64,000 bases of DNA from Rhizobium sp. (GCA_028290545.1 JAQGJP010000041.1:28899-92898), one strand, 5' to 3'; shown: positions 48,460 through 59,643, numbered from the stretch's first letter. Translations and numbers: made by a program. Notes: generated by a model not told the origin, from the letters alone.

Positions 48460-49629
48460 TCAGAGCTTGACCCAGGCGGCATTGCGCTTGGACGAGGCGA
48501 CGCAGGCCTCGACGAAGGCCACGCCCTTCACTCCGTCCTCGATGGTCGGATAGATCACGTCGGGATCGACCGGCTTGCCGTTGCGCTTGGCGATGATCGC
48601 CTTGGCGGCCTCGGAGTAGATCGTCGCAAAACCTTCGAGATAGCCTTCCGGATGGCCTGACGGCACGCGGCTGACGCGGGCGGCGGCAGGACCGGCGCCG
48701 GCGCCGTTGCGGGTGATCAGCAGCCTCGGCTTGCCAAGCGGCGTGTACCAGAGATAGTTCGGGTCCTTCTGGACCCATTCGATGGCGCCCTTGGTGCCAT
48801 AGACACGCACCATCAGGCCGTTCTCGTGGCCGGCGGCAACCTGGCTGCACCAGAGCATGCCCTTGGCGCCACCTTTGAAGCGCATCATCACATGGGCATT
48901 GTCATCAAGCTGGCGGCCGGGCACGAACGTATGGACATCGGCGGCGAGTTCATCGGCTTCGAGGCCGGAGACGAAACAGCCGAGATTATAGGCATGGGTG
49001 CCGATATCACCGGTGGAACCGCCGACGCCGGATTGTTTCGGATCTGTGCGCCATGCGGCCTGCTTCTGGCCGGTCTGCTCGATCGGCTCGGCAAGCCAAT
49101 CCTGCGGATACTCCATCTGCACCAGACGGATTTCGCCGAGTTCGCCCGACTTTACCATTTCGCGCGCCTGCCGGACCATCGGGTAGCCGGTGTAATTATG
49201 CGTCAGGATGAACAGCGCGTCGGATTCCTGGGCAACCTTCAGGAGCTTCTTTGCATCCGCGAGATTGGAGGTCAGCGGCTTGTCACAGATCACATGGATG
49301 CCACGGCGGAGGAATTCCTTGGCAGCAGGGTAATGCATGTGGTTGGGCGTGACGATCGATACCGCCTCGATGCCGTCCTTGAGTTTGGCCTCCCGGATCG
49401 CCATCGCCTTGAAATCATCGTATATGCGCGACGGATGCAGCCCGAGCTCGGCACCCGACTGGCGCGATTTTTCCGGCGTCGACGACAGTGCGCCGGCCAC
49501 GAATTCATAGTGATCGTCGATGCGCGAGGCGATCCGGTGTACCGCGCCGATAAACGCGCCTGAGCCGCCGCCCACCATGCCGAGCTTGATGCGGGGCTCG
49601 AACTTTTCCGTCGTTCCTTCGATGGCCAT
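48460..49629 (-). CDS. Gfo/Idh/MocA-family oxidoreductase
   Basis: GMVGGG, VTPNHMH, CDKPL and GDIGTH motifs. Confidence 0.9.
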   Translation of the reverse strand: MAIEGTTEKFEPRIKLGMVGGGSGAFIGAVHRIASRIDDHYEFVAGALSSTPEKSRQSGAELGLHPSRIYDDFKAMAIREAKLKDGIEAVSIVTPNHMHYPAAKEFLRRGIHVICDKPLTSNLADAKKLLKVAQESDALFILTHNYTGYPMVRQAREMVKSGELGEIRLVQMEYPQDWLAEPIEQTGQKQAAWRTDPKQSGVGGSTGDIGTHAYNLGCFVSGLEADELAADVHTFVPGRQLDDNAHVMMRFKGGAKGMLWCSQVAAGHENGLMVRVYGTKGAIEWVQKDPNYLWYTPLGKPRLLITRNGAGAGPAAARVSRVPSGHPEGYLEGFATIYSEAAKAIIAKRNGKPVDPDVIYPTIEDGVKGVAFVEACVASSKRNAAWVKL

Positions 49630-49639
49630 GGTTCTCTCC

Positions 49640-50692
49640 TTAAAGACCGAGCATGCGGCGGTTGGCGGCGTCGTCGGTGCCGGCGCCGGCGAAATCGTCG
49701 AACGCCTTTTCGGTGACGCGAATGATATGCGCCTTGACGAATTCAGCGCCTTCGCGGGCGCCGTCTTCCGGGTGCTTCAGAGCGCATTCCCATTCGACCA
49801 CGGCCCAGCCGTCGAAATCATTGGCGGTCATCTTGGAGAACACCGCGCCGAAATCCACTTGCCCGTCGCCGAGCGAGCGGAAACGTCCCGCCCGGTTGAC
49901 CCAGCCCTGGTAGCCACCATAGACGCCCTGCCGGCCGGTGGGATTGAACTCGGCATCCTTGACGTGGAACATCTTGATGCGGTCCTTGTAGATATCGATG
50001 TTCTCCAGATAATCCAGGCACTGCAGAATGTAATGCGAGGGATCGTAGAGCATGTTGGCGCGGGGATGGTTTTTCACCCGCTCCAGGAACATCTCGAAGG
50101 TGACGCCGTCATGCAGGTCTTCACCCGGATGGATCTCGTAGCAGATATCGATGCCGTTTGCGTCGGCATGGTCGAGGATCGGCGTCCAGCGGCGCGCGAG
50201 TTCGTCGAAGGCGGTTTCCACCAGACCAGCCGGCCGCTGCGGCCAGGGATACATAAACGGCCATGCCAGCGCGCCAGAGAAAGTCGCGTGCGCCTTGATA
50301 CCCATGTGCTTGGACGCAGTCAGCGCCATCTTCACCTGCTCGACTGCCCAAGCCTGGCGCGCCTTCGGGTTGCCACGCACTTCCGGTGCTGCAAAGCCGT
50401 CGAAGGCTTCGTCATAGACAGGGTTGACGGCCACCAGCTGGCCTTGCAGATGTGTCGACAGCTCGGTAACTTCGACACCGTTGGCACGGGCCACGCCGAG
50501 GAACTCGTCGCAGTAATCCTTTGAGGATGCCGCTTTTTTCAGGTCGATCAGCTGGCTCGCCCATGTCGGCACCTGCACGCCGATATAACCGGTGTCTGCC
50601 GCCCATCTGGTGATCGCGTCCCAAGAATTGAACGGCGCGGCATCGCCGGCAAACTGTCCGAGAAAAAGCGCCGGGCCCTTGATGGTCTTCAT
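49640..50692 (-). CDS. Sugar-phosphate isomerase/epimerase (AP-endonuclease-2 TIM barrel)
   Basis: YEIHPGED, YDPSH, FHVKDAE and VEWEC metal-ligand motifs. Confidence 0.88.
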   Translation of the reverse strand: MKTIKGPALFLGQFAGDAAPFNSWDAITRWAADTGYIGVQVPTWASQLIDLKKAASSKDYCDEFLGVARANGVEVTELSTHLQGQLVAVNPVYDEAFDGFAAPEVRGNPKARQAWAVEQVKMALTASKHMGIKAHATFSGALAWPFMYPWPQRPAGLVETAFDELARRWTPILDHADANGIDICYEIHPGEDLHDGVTFEMFLERVKNHPRANMLYDPSHYILQCLDYLENIDIYKDRIKMFHVKDAEFNPTGRQGVYGGYQGWVNRAGRFRSLGDGQVDFGAVFSKMTANDFDGWAVVEWECALKHPEDGAREGAEFVKAHIIRVTEKAFDDFAGAGTDDAANRRMLGL

Positions 50693-50783
50693 GAATCTCT
50701 CCCTGGAATCCCTGTATCGTTACCGTGAACGTTTATAGCATCGTCTTTTTACCCGGCAACCGCCTGCCGGTGCCAGAGCAAAA

Positions 50784-50809
50784 TTTTGCCCGGCGCGAAC
50801 CGGGCAAAA
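50784..50809. other. Intercistronic stem-loop downstream of the SBP gene
   Basis: TTTTGCCCGG-CGCGAA-CCGGGCAAAA. Confidence 0.55.
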
Positions 50810-50846
50810 AAGTTTTAAAAGCCTGACTATCGGTCCCTGGACTGGA

Positions 50847-51797
50847 TCAGAACGGTGAATCCGGGAAGTAGAAGTCCTTGGCATTGTCCTTGGTGATCAG
50901 CGTCGCGTCCAGCGTATAGGTGCCGCGAACCGGAACCTGACCGTAGAAATTGGCGACCGTCATTTCAAGCGCAGTGCCCACCATTGCCGGCGGATAGAGA
51001 ACGTCGACGGGGATCATCTTGTCGCCGTCCATGACCTTCTTGACCATGTCCTTCGAGCCGGCACCGGCGATGACATACTGGATATCGGTGCGCTTGGCCT
51101 GATCTATGGCCTGCAGTACGCCGACAGCCATGTCGTCGTCCTGGCACCAGACCACGTCGATTTTCGGGAACTTGGTCAGGTAATCCTGCATGACCTTGAA
51201 GGCATCGTCACGGTTCCAGTTGCCGAACTGGCGGTCGAGAATCTTGACGTTGGAGCCTGCGATACCCTTGTCGAAGCCGTCCTGGCGCTGCTGGTCGATC
51301 GGGATCGGCAGGCCGCGGATCACGACGACCTGTGCGTCAGGGGTGGTCGCCTTGATATATTCGCCGGCGGTCTGGCCGAGCGCCGGATTGTTGCCGGCGA
51401 TGTAGAGGTCGCGAACGGTGCTGTCATTGACCGACGGTGCGCGGTCGACGATCGCCACGAACGTGCCCTTGTCCTTGACTTCCTTGATGGCGTTGACCAG
51501 CGGATCCGGATCGGACGGCAGGATCACCAGTGCATCGATGCCCTGCGTCGCAAGGTCCTGCACGGCATTTGCCTGGGTCGCCGGATCCGGCGAGGTCTTG
51601 ACGATGATGTTGAGGCCCGGATGCTGTTCCATCAGCAGTTTGGCAACCCGTTCGGCATGGAACACCACGCCGGCGGTCCAGCCATGGTCGGCGGCCGGGA
51701 TCGAAACGCCGATCGTCACTTTCTTGTCTTCGGCGTGGGCCACGCCTGCGAGCGCCATCATTCCGATGGCGGCAATGCCCATTAGTCCTTTACGCAT
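50847..51797 (-). CDS. Sugar ABC periplasmic binding protein
   Basis: Signal peptide AHA-E; AIVDR, WNRDD and WCQDDDMA motifs. Confidence 0.92.
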   Translation of the reverse strand: MRKGLMGIAAIGMMALAGVAHAEDKKVTIGVSIPAADHGWTAGVVFHAERVAKLLMEQHPGLNIIVKTSPDPATQANAVQDLATQGIDALVILPSDPDPLVNAIKEVKDKGTFVAIVDRAPSVNDSTVRDLYIAGNNPALGQTAGEYIKATTPDAQVVVIRGLPIPIDQQRQDGFDKGIAGSNVKILDRQFGNWNRDDAFKVMQDYLTKFPKIDVVWCQDDDMAVGVLQAIDQAKRTDIQYVIAGAGSKDMVKKVMDGDKMIPVDVLYPPAMVGTALEMTVANFYGQVPVRGTYTLDATLITKDNAKDFYFPDSPF

Positions 51798-51868
51798 GTC
51801 TCTTCTCTCCCAAAGTTATTGCAGGGTCTCGTCGGTCCGGGACCGGGCGACCCAAAGGCCCGGCCTCG

Positions 51869-52876
51869 TTACGATTTCCGCATCAGCGAGCGCTGAACGA
51901 GCATCGCAATAATGATGATCGAGCCCTGGATGGCACCGATCAGATATTCGCTTATGAAATTCGACAGCAGCATGATGTTGCCGACAAGCTCGAGAATGAA
52001 GGCACCGCAGATCGTTCCCCAGACCCTGCCCGCGCCGCCCTTGAGTGCCGTGCCGCCGACGACCACCGCGGTGATCGCCTGCAGTTCCCAGAGAATGCCC
52101 GTCGTGGCCGAGGTCGAGCCGAGCCTTGGGACATAAAGAAGCACAGCGATGGCAACGCAAAGGCCTTGTATCACGAAGGCGATCGTGCGCACGCGATTGA
52201 CCGCGATGCCCGAATAGCGGGCGACGTCGCTGTTGGAGCCAACGGCCACGACATGCCGCCCGTAACGTGTGCGATAGAGGATGAAGGCCGCAATCGCGGT
52301 CACCGCAAGGATCACCACGATCGGCACGGGGATCCCGAGGATGGACCCGAAATAGGCCGGTCGGTAAAGCGACTGGAGTTCCGGCGAGCGCAGTGTAATG
52401 GCGCCGCCCTGCGACAGCCATGTGGTCAGTCCCCGGTAGATGCCCATCGTGCCGAGCGTGGCGATGAAAGGCTCGATCCGTCCAACCGTGGTGATCAGTC
52501 CATTCGCGAGCCCGCAGGCGGCGCCTGCCGCGATCGTGAAGGCGACGGCCGCCGTCAACATCAGGCCAGGATCGGCGATGACGCCGGAATTCATGAACAG
52601 GATCATCAGGCTGGCGACAAAAGCCACCATCGATCCCACGGACAGATCGAGATCCCCCGAGGAAATGACGAAGGTGGCGCCGACCGCGATAATGGCGATG
52701 AACGCACTTCGCGTGGCGACATTGGCGAGATTGTTGATGCCGATGAAGTTGGGATTGACCATGGCTCCGACAATCAGCAGCAGCGCCAGGGCCGCGAACG
52801 GTGCCACAGCCCGAAGATCGATATCCCGCCACGTCCGTCGGGACCCGAATTCCCTGCTTTCCTCGTTCACACTCAT
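51869..52876 (-). CDS. Sugar ABC permease
   Basis: DLDLSVGS, PFIATLG and VVVGGT motifs; start ATG 52876. Confidence 0.92.
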   Translation of the reverse strand: MSVNEESREFGSRRTWRDIDLRAVAPFAALALLLIVGAMVNPNFIGINNLANVATRSAFIAIIAVGATFVISSGDLDLSVGSMVAFVASLMILFMNSGVIADPGLMLTAAVAFTIAAGAACGLANGLITTVGRIEPFIATLGTMGIYRGLTTWLSQGGAITLRSPELQSLYRPAYFGSILGIPVPIVVILAVTAIAAFILYRTRYGRHVVAVGSNSDVARYSGIAVNRVRTIAFVIQGLCVAIAVLLYVPRLGSTSATTGILWELQAITAVVVGGTALKGGAGRVWGTICGAFILELVGNIMLLSNFISEYLIGAIQGSIIIIAMLVQRSLMRKS

Positions 52877-52958
52877 TAAATCCCACCTCCGGTCCTCTTT
52901 ACGCCGGGACTTGCTGCGCATTCGCTGAAAAAGGATCGCCGGTGCCGGCGGCCCTCGG

Positions 52959-54482
52959 TTAACCGGCTTTCTTCTTCAACCCCGCGGCATAGCGCATGAT
53001 TTCCTGTTCGGATATCTCGTCGCCTTCGAGCACGCCGACCATCCGGCCTTCGCGCATCACCGCCACTCTCGTGCAAAGGCCGATGACTTCGGGCATTTCC
53101 GAGGACACGACGATGATTGAGCGTCCCTCGCGGGCCAGGGCGGAGATGAAGTGATAGATCTGCTGTTTGGTCCCGACATCGATGCCGCGTGTCGGCTCAT
53201 CGATGATGATGATCTGCGGTTCGGTCTCCATGACTTTCGCCAGGAGCAGTTTCTGCTGGTTGCCGCCGGACATCCGGCCTGCGACGACATTTCCGTCGCG
53301 GACCCTGATGTCGAAGCGGCGGCGAGCCCGGGTCATCGCCGTTGCTTCGCTCTTCGGATCGAGATAGCCGTAACGGCTGTGTTGACCCAGTGATTGCAGG
53401 GTGAGGTTCGCGGTCATGCCGGAGTTGAGCAGCAGGCCCTTGGATTTGCGGTCCTTGGTCATATAGGCGAGCCCGCAGCGGTTTGCCGCGTGCGCGTCCC
53501 CCGAAGCGACCAGTTCTCCCCTGATGTTCACTTCTCCCGAGGTACGCGGCCGCAGGCCGGCAACGGCTTCCATCAGTTCCGTCCGACCCGATCCCATCAG
53601 GCCGGAAAAGCCCAGGATCTCGCCCTTGCGCACCTCGAAGCTCGCCTCCCGCACATAGCCGGTCGAGACCGATTTGACGGACAACACGACCTCTTCATCG
53701 ACATCGGGTTCGTTCTTGGTGGGGTAGAGACTGGAAAGCTCCCGGCCAACCATCAACTGTGCGATCGATTCGCCGTCCAATATCGCGGTCGGCGATGTCT
53801 TGACCCATTGGCCGTCGCGCAGGACCGTGACCCGGTCGGTCAGTTCCATGACTTCATCGAGCTTGTGAGAAACGAATACAAAACTGGTGCCCTTGTCGCG
53901 CAGCTTGCGCACCTGCTGGAACAGGACCTTGGTTTCCTCCCGCGACAAGACGGCGGTCGGCTCGTCCATGATCACCACGCGCGCGTCGCGGCTGATGGCC
54001 TTGGCGATTTCCACCATCTGCTTGTCGGCGACGGGAAGCGTGCTGATCAGCGCGTTCTCATCGACATGGGAGCCGAGAAGATTGAGTATCCTGCGGGTTT
54101 CGGCCCGCATAAGCCTGCGGTCGAGGACGCCGAACCGGGTGACCTCACGCCCCAGAAACAGGCTCTCGGTCACCGTCAGATGCTCGGCAAGATTGAATTC
54201 CTGATGGATGATGACAATTCCGAGCGCTTCAGCGGCGCCATTGGCGGGCAATTTCACCGTCTTGCCATCCAGCACGATTTCGCCGGAGGTTGGCTGCTCG
54301 AATCCGGACATGATCTTGACGAGTGTCGACTTGCCTGCACCGTTTTCACCCATGAGCGCATGGATTTCACCGGCACGGAGATCGAAATTGACGCTGAACA
54401 GAACCTGCACGCCATTGAAAGACTTGCAGATTCGCCTCGCGGACAACAGGACGTCTCCCACGTCGGCGGCTCCCGAATTCAT
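52959..54482 (-). CDS. Sugar ABC ATP-binding protein (alternative start 54506)
   Basis: GENGAGKS, MDEPT and MSGGNQQK motifs. Confidence 0.93.
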   Translation of the reverse strand: MNSGAADVGDVLLSARRICKSFNGVQVLFSVNFDLRAGEIHALMGENGAGKSTLVKIMSGFEQPTSGEIVLDGKTVKLPANGAAEALGIVIIHQEFNLAEHLTVTESLFLGREVTRFGVLDRRLMRAETRRILNLLGSHVDENALISTLPVADKQMVEIAKAISRDARVVIMDEPTAVLSREETKVLFQQVRKLRDKGTSFVFVSHKLDEVMELTDRVTVLRDGQWVKTSPTAILDGESIAQLMVGRELSSLYPTKNEPDVDEEVVLSVKSVSTGYVREASFEVRKGEILGFSGLMGSGRTELMEAVAGLRPRTSGEVNIRGELVASGDAHAANRCGLAYMTKDRKSKGLLLNSGMTANLTLQSLGQHSRYGYLDPKSEATAMTRARRRFDIRVRDGNVVAGRMSGGNQQKLLLAKVMETEPQIIIIDEPTRGIDVGTKQQIYHFISALAREGRSIIVVSSEMPEVIGLCTRVAVMREGRMVGVLEGDEISEQEIMRYAAGLKKKAG

Positions 54483-54520
54483 CCATATCCTCCCTGCGGT
54501 TCCCATCCGCCAAGACGGGT

Positions 54521-54557
54521 ATGTAAACCTTTACATAGCGAGTGTAAAGGTTTACAT
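54521..54557. promoter_or_regulatory. Tandem LacI-type operators forming a perfect 15-bp inverted repeat
   Basis: ATGTAAACCTTTACA-tagcgag-TGTAAAGGTTTACAT. Confidence 0.75.
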
Positions 54558-54652
54558 CTGGCCAATCAGCGGATTTTTTGCGATCAACCTTTGACCTCGG
54601 GGGAAGTCTGTGTAGTGTCGCGGCAAAGACTGACCCAGGGCAAAAAACGCAA

Positions 54653-55684
54653 GTGTCGAATTCCGCTCCCGCAACCATTGAAGACGTCGCTCGGATCGCC
54701 GAGGTTTCGATCGCGACAGTTTCGCGGGCGATCCACAATCCGGAAAAGGTGGCGAATTCAACGCGCCTCAAGGTCAATCAGGCGATCGCAATCACTGGAT
54801 ATACCACCAATGCGATGGCGCGCAGCCTGCGACTCGGCCGATCCAACATGATCCTCGTGGTTGCACCTGATATCGGCGACCCCAACTTTTCCAACATTCT
54901 CGTCGGGCTGGAAAACGAGGCGCGTTCGCACGGTTACGGCATCCTGATCGGTCACACGCAGAACGATGCGCAGCGCGGTCTGGAATATCTGAAATTCCTC
55001 AATTCGAACCAGGCGGCCGGGCTCATCCTGTTTACCGGTATCTTGCCGTTCGGCCATCAAACCATGACTGCCCGACTGCCGCCGAGCGTCGGCGTCTTCG
55101 AGCCGGTCTTCAACGGCGGCATCCCTTATGTCGGAGTCGATGATACAGTTGGCGCCCGGAAGGCGGTCGATCTGCTGCTGGCCGAAGGTCATCGGAAGAT
55201 CGCGTTTGTCGGCGATTCCCGGACACGTCTCGCCTATAGCCGCCGGCGCATGGGTTATGATGCGGGCCTTGATGCCGCCGGTATTGCCGCTGAGCTGCGC
55301 ATCGTTCTCGAAGGCGATGGAACGATCGAGAGCGGGCGGCTTGCCGTCGAGCTGCTGTTCGTGCGCGATACGCTGCCGACAGCCTTCATGTGCGTCAACG
55401 ACCAGACCGCCATCGGTGTCATGCTCGGCCTCGCCGCGCGCGGCTACGATATTCCACGCGATTTTTCCGTGACCGGTTTCGATGATGTGCCGCAGGCGGG
55501 GTTCATGTCTCCCGCACTGACAACGATCCGCCAGCCACGAACGGCGATCGGCAGGCAGGCCATGGCGCTGTTGTTGGATCTTCTCTCCGACGGTGAGCCG
55601 GCAGAAACCGAAATCCTGCTGATGCCCGATCTCGTCGTCCGAAATTCGGTATCAGCGCCGTCGCGCGAATGGACAAAGCGCTGA
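54653..55684 (+). CDS. LacI-family regulator
   Basis: TIEDVARIAEVSIATVSR HTH; SVTGFDD and LTTIRQP motifs; probable GTG start. Confidence 0.92.
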   Translation: MSNSAPATIEDVARIAEVSIATVSRAIHNPEKVANSTRLKVNQAIAITGYTTNAMARSLRLGRSNMILVVAPDIGDPNFSNILVGLENEARSHGYGILIGHTQNDAQRGLEYLKFLNSNQAAGLILFTGILPFGHQTMTARLPPSVGVFEPVFNGGIPYVGVDDTVGARKAVDLLLAEGHRKIAFVGDSRTRLAYSRRRMGYDAGLDAAGIAAELRIVLEGDGTIESGRLAVELLFVRDTLPTAFMCVNDQTAIGVMLGLAARGYDIPRDFSVTGFDDVPQAGFMSPALTTIRQPRTAIGRQAMALLLDLLSDGEPAETEILLMPDLVVRNSVSAPSREWTKR

Positions 55685-55731
55685 CCTGATCTGAAGACGC
55701 CGGCGAACCAGGGGTCCGCCGGCGCGTTGGA

Positions 55732-57042
55732 TCAGACGTAACGGTTGACGATGTTTTCCAGCATTTCCTGCTTGCCCGACTTCGGCAGCGGGTTGACGTT
55801 GGAATTCAGAACCCAGCCTTCGATTTCCTCCAGCGAGAACCCGCCATCGAGCATTTTCCTCGCTTCGGTCTGCTTCCAGCCGGCATAGCGCTCGTCGAGC
55901 GGACCGGACAGTGCCTTGTCTTCGAGCATGCCGGCAGCAGCCTTCAGGCCACGGGCGCAGCAATCCATGCCGCCGATATGGCCGATCAGCAGATCTTCCG
56001 GATCGATCGACTGGCGGCGCAGCTTGGCGTCGAAATTGGTGCCACCGCTGGTAAAGCCGCCGCCTGCAAGGACCTGGTAATAGGCCAGCGCCATTTCCGG
56101 AACATTGTTGGGGAACTGGTCGGTATCCCAGCCGGACTGGTAGTCATTGCGGTTCATGTCGATCGAGCCGAAGACGCCATAGGCATTGGCAAGTGCCAGC
56201 TCATGCTCGAACGTATGGCCGGCGAGAATCGCGTGACCCTGCTCGATGTTGAGCTTCACTTCCTTTTCTAGGCCATACTTCTGCAGGAAGGCAAAGACGG
56301 TCGCGACGTCGTAGTCATACTGGTGCTTGGTGGGCTCCTGCGGCTTCGGCTCGATCAGGATCGCGCCCTTATAGCCGATCTTGTGCTTGTACTCGACCAC
56401 CAGATTGAGGAAGCGGCCGGCCTGGTCCATCTCATGCTTGAGATTGGTGTTGAGCAGCGTCTCATAGCCCTCGCGGCCGCCCCAGAGCACGTAGTTCTCG
56501 CCGCCGAGCTTCATGGTGGCGTCGAGGCAGGTCTTCACGGTTGCCGCGGCAAAGGCGAATACATCCGGATCGGGATTGGTCGCCGCACCCGACATGTAGC
56601 GGCGATGCGAGAAGAGATTGGCCGTGCCCCAGAGCAGTTTGACGCCGGTCTCTGCCTGCTTTCCGGCGAAGTAATCGACGATCTCGTTGAGGTTCCTGGT
56701 GTTCTCGGCGAAGTTGTTGCCTTCCGGGCGAACGTCCGCATCGTGGAAGCAATAATAGGGCGTGCCGAGCAGTTGGAAAAATTCGAAGGCGACGTCGGCC
56801 TTCAGCTTGGCTGCTTCCATCGTGTTGGCGAACCACGGACGTTCGAATGTGTTGCCGCCGAACGGATCGGTGCCCGGCCAGACGAAGGTGTGCCAGTAGG
56901 CCACCGCGAAGCGCAGGTGGTCTTCCATGCGCTTGCCCATGACCACTTCGTCGGGATTGTAGTGGCGGTAGGCGAGCGGGTTAGCGCTGGCGGGGCCTTC
57001 AAATTTGATCTTTTCGATCGTGCCGAAAAAGCCGGTTCCCAT
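55732..57042 (-). CDS. xylA: Xylose isomerase (class II)
   Basis: [27 protein letters not shown] and GWDTDQF motifs. Confidence 0.97.
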   Translation of the reverse strand: MGTGFFGTIEKIKFEGPASANPLAYRHYNPDEVVMGKRMEDHLRFAVAYWHTFVWPGTDPFGGNTFERPWFANTMEAAKLKADVAFEFFQLLGTPYYCFHDADVRPEGNNFAENTRNLNEIVDYFAGKQAETGVKLLWGTANLFSHRRYMSGAATNPDPDVFAFAAATVKTCLDATMKLGGENYVLWGGREGYETLLNTNLKHEMDQAGRFLNLVVEYKHKIGYKGAILIEPKPQEPTKHQYDYDVATVFAFLQKYGLEKEVKLNIEQGHAILAGHTFEHELALANAYGVFGSIDMNRNDYQSGWDTDQFPNNVPEMALAYYQVLAGGGFTSGGTNFDAKLRRQSIDPEDLLIGHIGGMDCCARGLKAAAGMLEDKALSGPLDERYAGWKQTEARKMLDGGFSLEEIEGWVLNSNVNPLPKSGKQEMLENIVNRYV

Positions 57043-57076
57043 GTGTGTTTCCTTCCTGAGACTGTGTTTGAACGTG

Positions 57077-58531
57077 TTAGGCCGAAAGTGCTGCGATTGC
57101 GGGATAAAGCGCGCGGTACCGCTGATAGGCTGCCTCGTAATCCGAAGTCAGGGCGCTATCCGGGTCGATGGTTTCTTCGGTCGCCGGCGGCGTGCAGACC
57201 GCGACGGGATCGGCGCCGGTGGCTGCAATCAGGCCGAGGCGTGCCGCACCGAAAGCGCCGCCGAAATCGCCGTCCGCAGGGATATCGACGGGGACGCCGA
57301 GTGCGGTGGCAATCGATTTGAGCCAGTAGCGCGAGCGTGAGCCGCCGCCGATTGCTGTGACCCGGGAAATTTTCGTGCCGGCGCTTTTCAATGCCTCGAG
57401 ACTGTCACGGAAGGCGAAGGACACGCCCTCGAGCACGGCCTGTGTCAGCACGACGCGTTCGGATTCATGGCCGAGGCCGGTGAACACACCGCGCATCTTC
57501 GCATCGTTGTGCGGCGTGCGTTCGCCGGAGAGATAGGGCAGGAACGTCACGGGGCCGGGGACATTGAGATCGTCGCCGAGTTCATTGGTCAGATCGGCGG
57601 CGGCCCTACCGGTGACACCGCAGTACCAGTTGAGCGCGTCGGTCGCTGACAGGATCACGCCCATCTGGTGCCAGGTGTTGGGCAGCGCATGGCAGAAGGC
57701 ATGGACGGCGCTGGCGGGGTTGGGCAGGTAGCTGGAGTTCGCGGCAAACAACACGCCTGATGTGCCGAGGGAAACGAAAGCATGGCCTTCGCCGACCGTG
57801 CCCATGCCGCAAGCGGCGGCAGCATTATCGCCGGCGCCGCCGGCAATCACCACCCCGGCACCCATGCCCCATTTGGCGGCGAGTTCGGAGCGCAGGGTAC
57901 CGGCGGCATCCGTGCCTTCGACCAGTTTCGGCATCTGGCTCGCGTCGAGATCGGTGGCAGCAAGAAGCTCGGGCGACCATGCGCGCTTGCCGGTGTCGAG
58001 CCAACTGGTGCCGGCCGAATCCGACATTTCCGAAATATGTTCGCCGGCAAGCCAGAGGCGGAGATAATCCTTGGGCAGCAGCACATGCCTTACCCTGGAA
58101 AACACCTCCCGTTCGTTGTTCCTGACCCATACGAGCTTCGGCGCGGTAAAGCCGGGGAAAACGATATTGCCGGTGATGGCGCGGAAGCGGGGATCGGCAT
58201 CCAGTTCGGCGGCTTCCTTGTGGGAACGCGTGTCGTTCCAGAGGATGCAGGGGCGCAGTACATGATCGTCCTTGTCGAGCAGGGTCGCACCATGCATCTG
58301 GCCGGAAAGGCCGATACCTTTGACAGCCGCCAATTCCTTTGGATGGGCTGCCTTGAGGCCAGCAACCGCTTCCTCGGTGGCGCGGATCCAGTGCGCGGGA
58401 TCCTGTTCCGACCAGCCGGAATGCGGCCGCGAGACATCGAGCGCGCCATGCGCCGACCCGGTGATCTTCTGATCGTCATCCATCAGCATGGCTTTGACGC
58501 CAGACGTGCCGAGATCCAGACCGAGATACAT
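57077..58531 (-). CDS. xylB: Xylulokinase
   Basis: GLDLGTS, SGQMHG, GDNAA and [11 protein letters not shown] motifs. Confidence 0.96.
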   Translation of the reverse strand: MYLGLDLGTSGVKAMLMDDDQKITGSAHGALDVSRPHSGWSEQDPAHWIRATEEAVAGLKAAHPKELAAVKGIGLSGQMHGATLLDKDDHVLRPCILWNDTRSHKEAAELDADPRFRAITGNIVFPGFTAPKLVWVRNNEREVFSRVRHVLLPKDYLRLWLAGEHISEMSDSAGTSWLDTGKRAWSPELLAATDLDASQMPKLVEGTDAAGTLRSELAAKWGMGAGVVIAGGAGDNAAAACGMGTVGEGHAFVSLGTSGVLFAANSSYLPNPASAVHAFCHALPNTWHQMGVILSATDALNWYCGVTGRAAADLTNELGDDLNVPGPVTFLPYLSGERTPHNDAKMRGVFTGLGHESERVVLTQAVLEGVSFAFRDSLEALKSAGTKISRVTAIGGGSRSRYWLKSIATALGVPVDIPADGDFGGAFGAARLGLIAATGADPVAVCTPPATEETIDPDSALTSDYEAAYQRYRALYPAIAALSA

Positions 58532-58554
58532 TGGACTTCCTTCCTACTGCCTGT

Positions 58555-59583
58555 TCAGGACAGATTGTCTTTCAAGAATATGTCGATACGAATACGCTCC
58601 TGCGCATCGATCACGGGGACGCCATCGGCTTTCGCCTTCAGCACGCGGATGGCGCTTCGCACCTCATGGCCTGGGTCCTGGTTGAGGATGGCGTCGATCA
58701 AGTCATCCAGCAGCGCATGCCTCGTATGCTGTGTCAATTCATGGGCGATCACCATAGGCCGACCGTGGCTCTCCCTTAAGCCCGTCAGAGCCCTGATCAG
58801 GCCGCGATTGCCGGCGCCGAGATTGTAGATGCCGGCTATTTCAGGGTCTGCTGCAAGCCTCTTCGAGATCAGCCGATAGACTGCATCGGGGTCATCCTGG
58901 CTTTCCAGGACCGGCAGTATGTCGAGTGTCGGATTGATCTCATTCAGCCGCTCGGAAAAGCCGGTAAGGCGGTCGCGATGGTCGCCGACCAGCATCGAGC
59001 CGGCAATGACCGCAACGCTGCCCGTCCTGCCGCCGAGGAAACGACCCATCAGGCTGCCGGCAGTGCGGCCGGCGGCGATATTGTCGACGCCGGCGAAATG
59101 GTCCCGCGCCGAGCCCGGCAAATCCGACACGAGCGTCACGACAACAGTGCCCTGTTCGCGCAGCCTGCCGATCGCGGCATGCACCTCCGGCGCGTCCACT
59201 GCCACCACTGCCACGCCGACCGGCGGATCGGCAAGGAGGCTGTCAAGCGCTTCTGCGAGGGCCCTTGCATCGAAAGCCGGAACGTCGATGCGTTGTATCT
59301 CGGTGCGTTCGAGCGGCGAACGCTGGATCGCCTCTTCGATTTCCTGCCTGAGACCGGCCATGAAGGAATTGTCGCCGTTCGGAATGATGAAGACCAGCGG
59401 GTATATACGGCTTTTTGCGAGGTTTGCGGCAGCCATGTCGCGCACGAAGCCGATCCGGCCAATGGCATCCTCGACACGAGCGCGGGTCTCCGCCCGCACG
59501 CCCGGTCGCCGGTTCAGCACCCGGTCCACGGTCGCAAGGCTGACGCCCGCTGCTTCAGCAATGTCGTGGACTGTTGGCCGCAT
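58555..59583 (-). CDS. LacI-family regulator heading the xylB-xylA operon
   Basis: TVHDIAEAAGVSLATVDRV HTH; start ATG 59583 with GAGGGG RBS. Confidence 0.9.
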   Translation of the reverse strand: MRPTVHDIAEAAGVSLATVDRVLNRRPGVRAETRARVEDAIGRIGFVRDMAAANLAKSRIYPLVFIIPNGDNSFMAGLRQEIEEAIQRSPLERTEIQRIDVPAFDARALAEALDSLLADPPVGVAVVAVDAPEVHAAIGRLREQGTVVVTLVSDLPGSARDHFAGVDNIAAGRTAGSLMGRFLGGRTGSVAVIAGSMLVGDHRDRLTGFSERLNEINPTLDILPVLESQDDPDAVYRLISKRLAADPEIAGIYNLGAGNRGLIRALTGLRESHGRPMVIAHELTQHTRHALLDDLIDAILNQDPGHEVRSAIRVLKAKADGVPVIDAQERIRIDIFLKDNLS

Positions 59584-59616
59584 ATTTCCCCCTCGCGGCA
59601 CTCTTACATCAGATTT

Positions 59617-59632
59617 TGAGGTACGTAAATCA
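59617..59632. promoter_or_regulatory. Candidate LacI-type operator for the xylose operon
   Basis: TGAGGTACGTAAATCA (TGA..TACGTA..TCA, central CG). Confidence 0.55.
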
Positions 59633-59643
59633 GAAATTGAACG

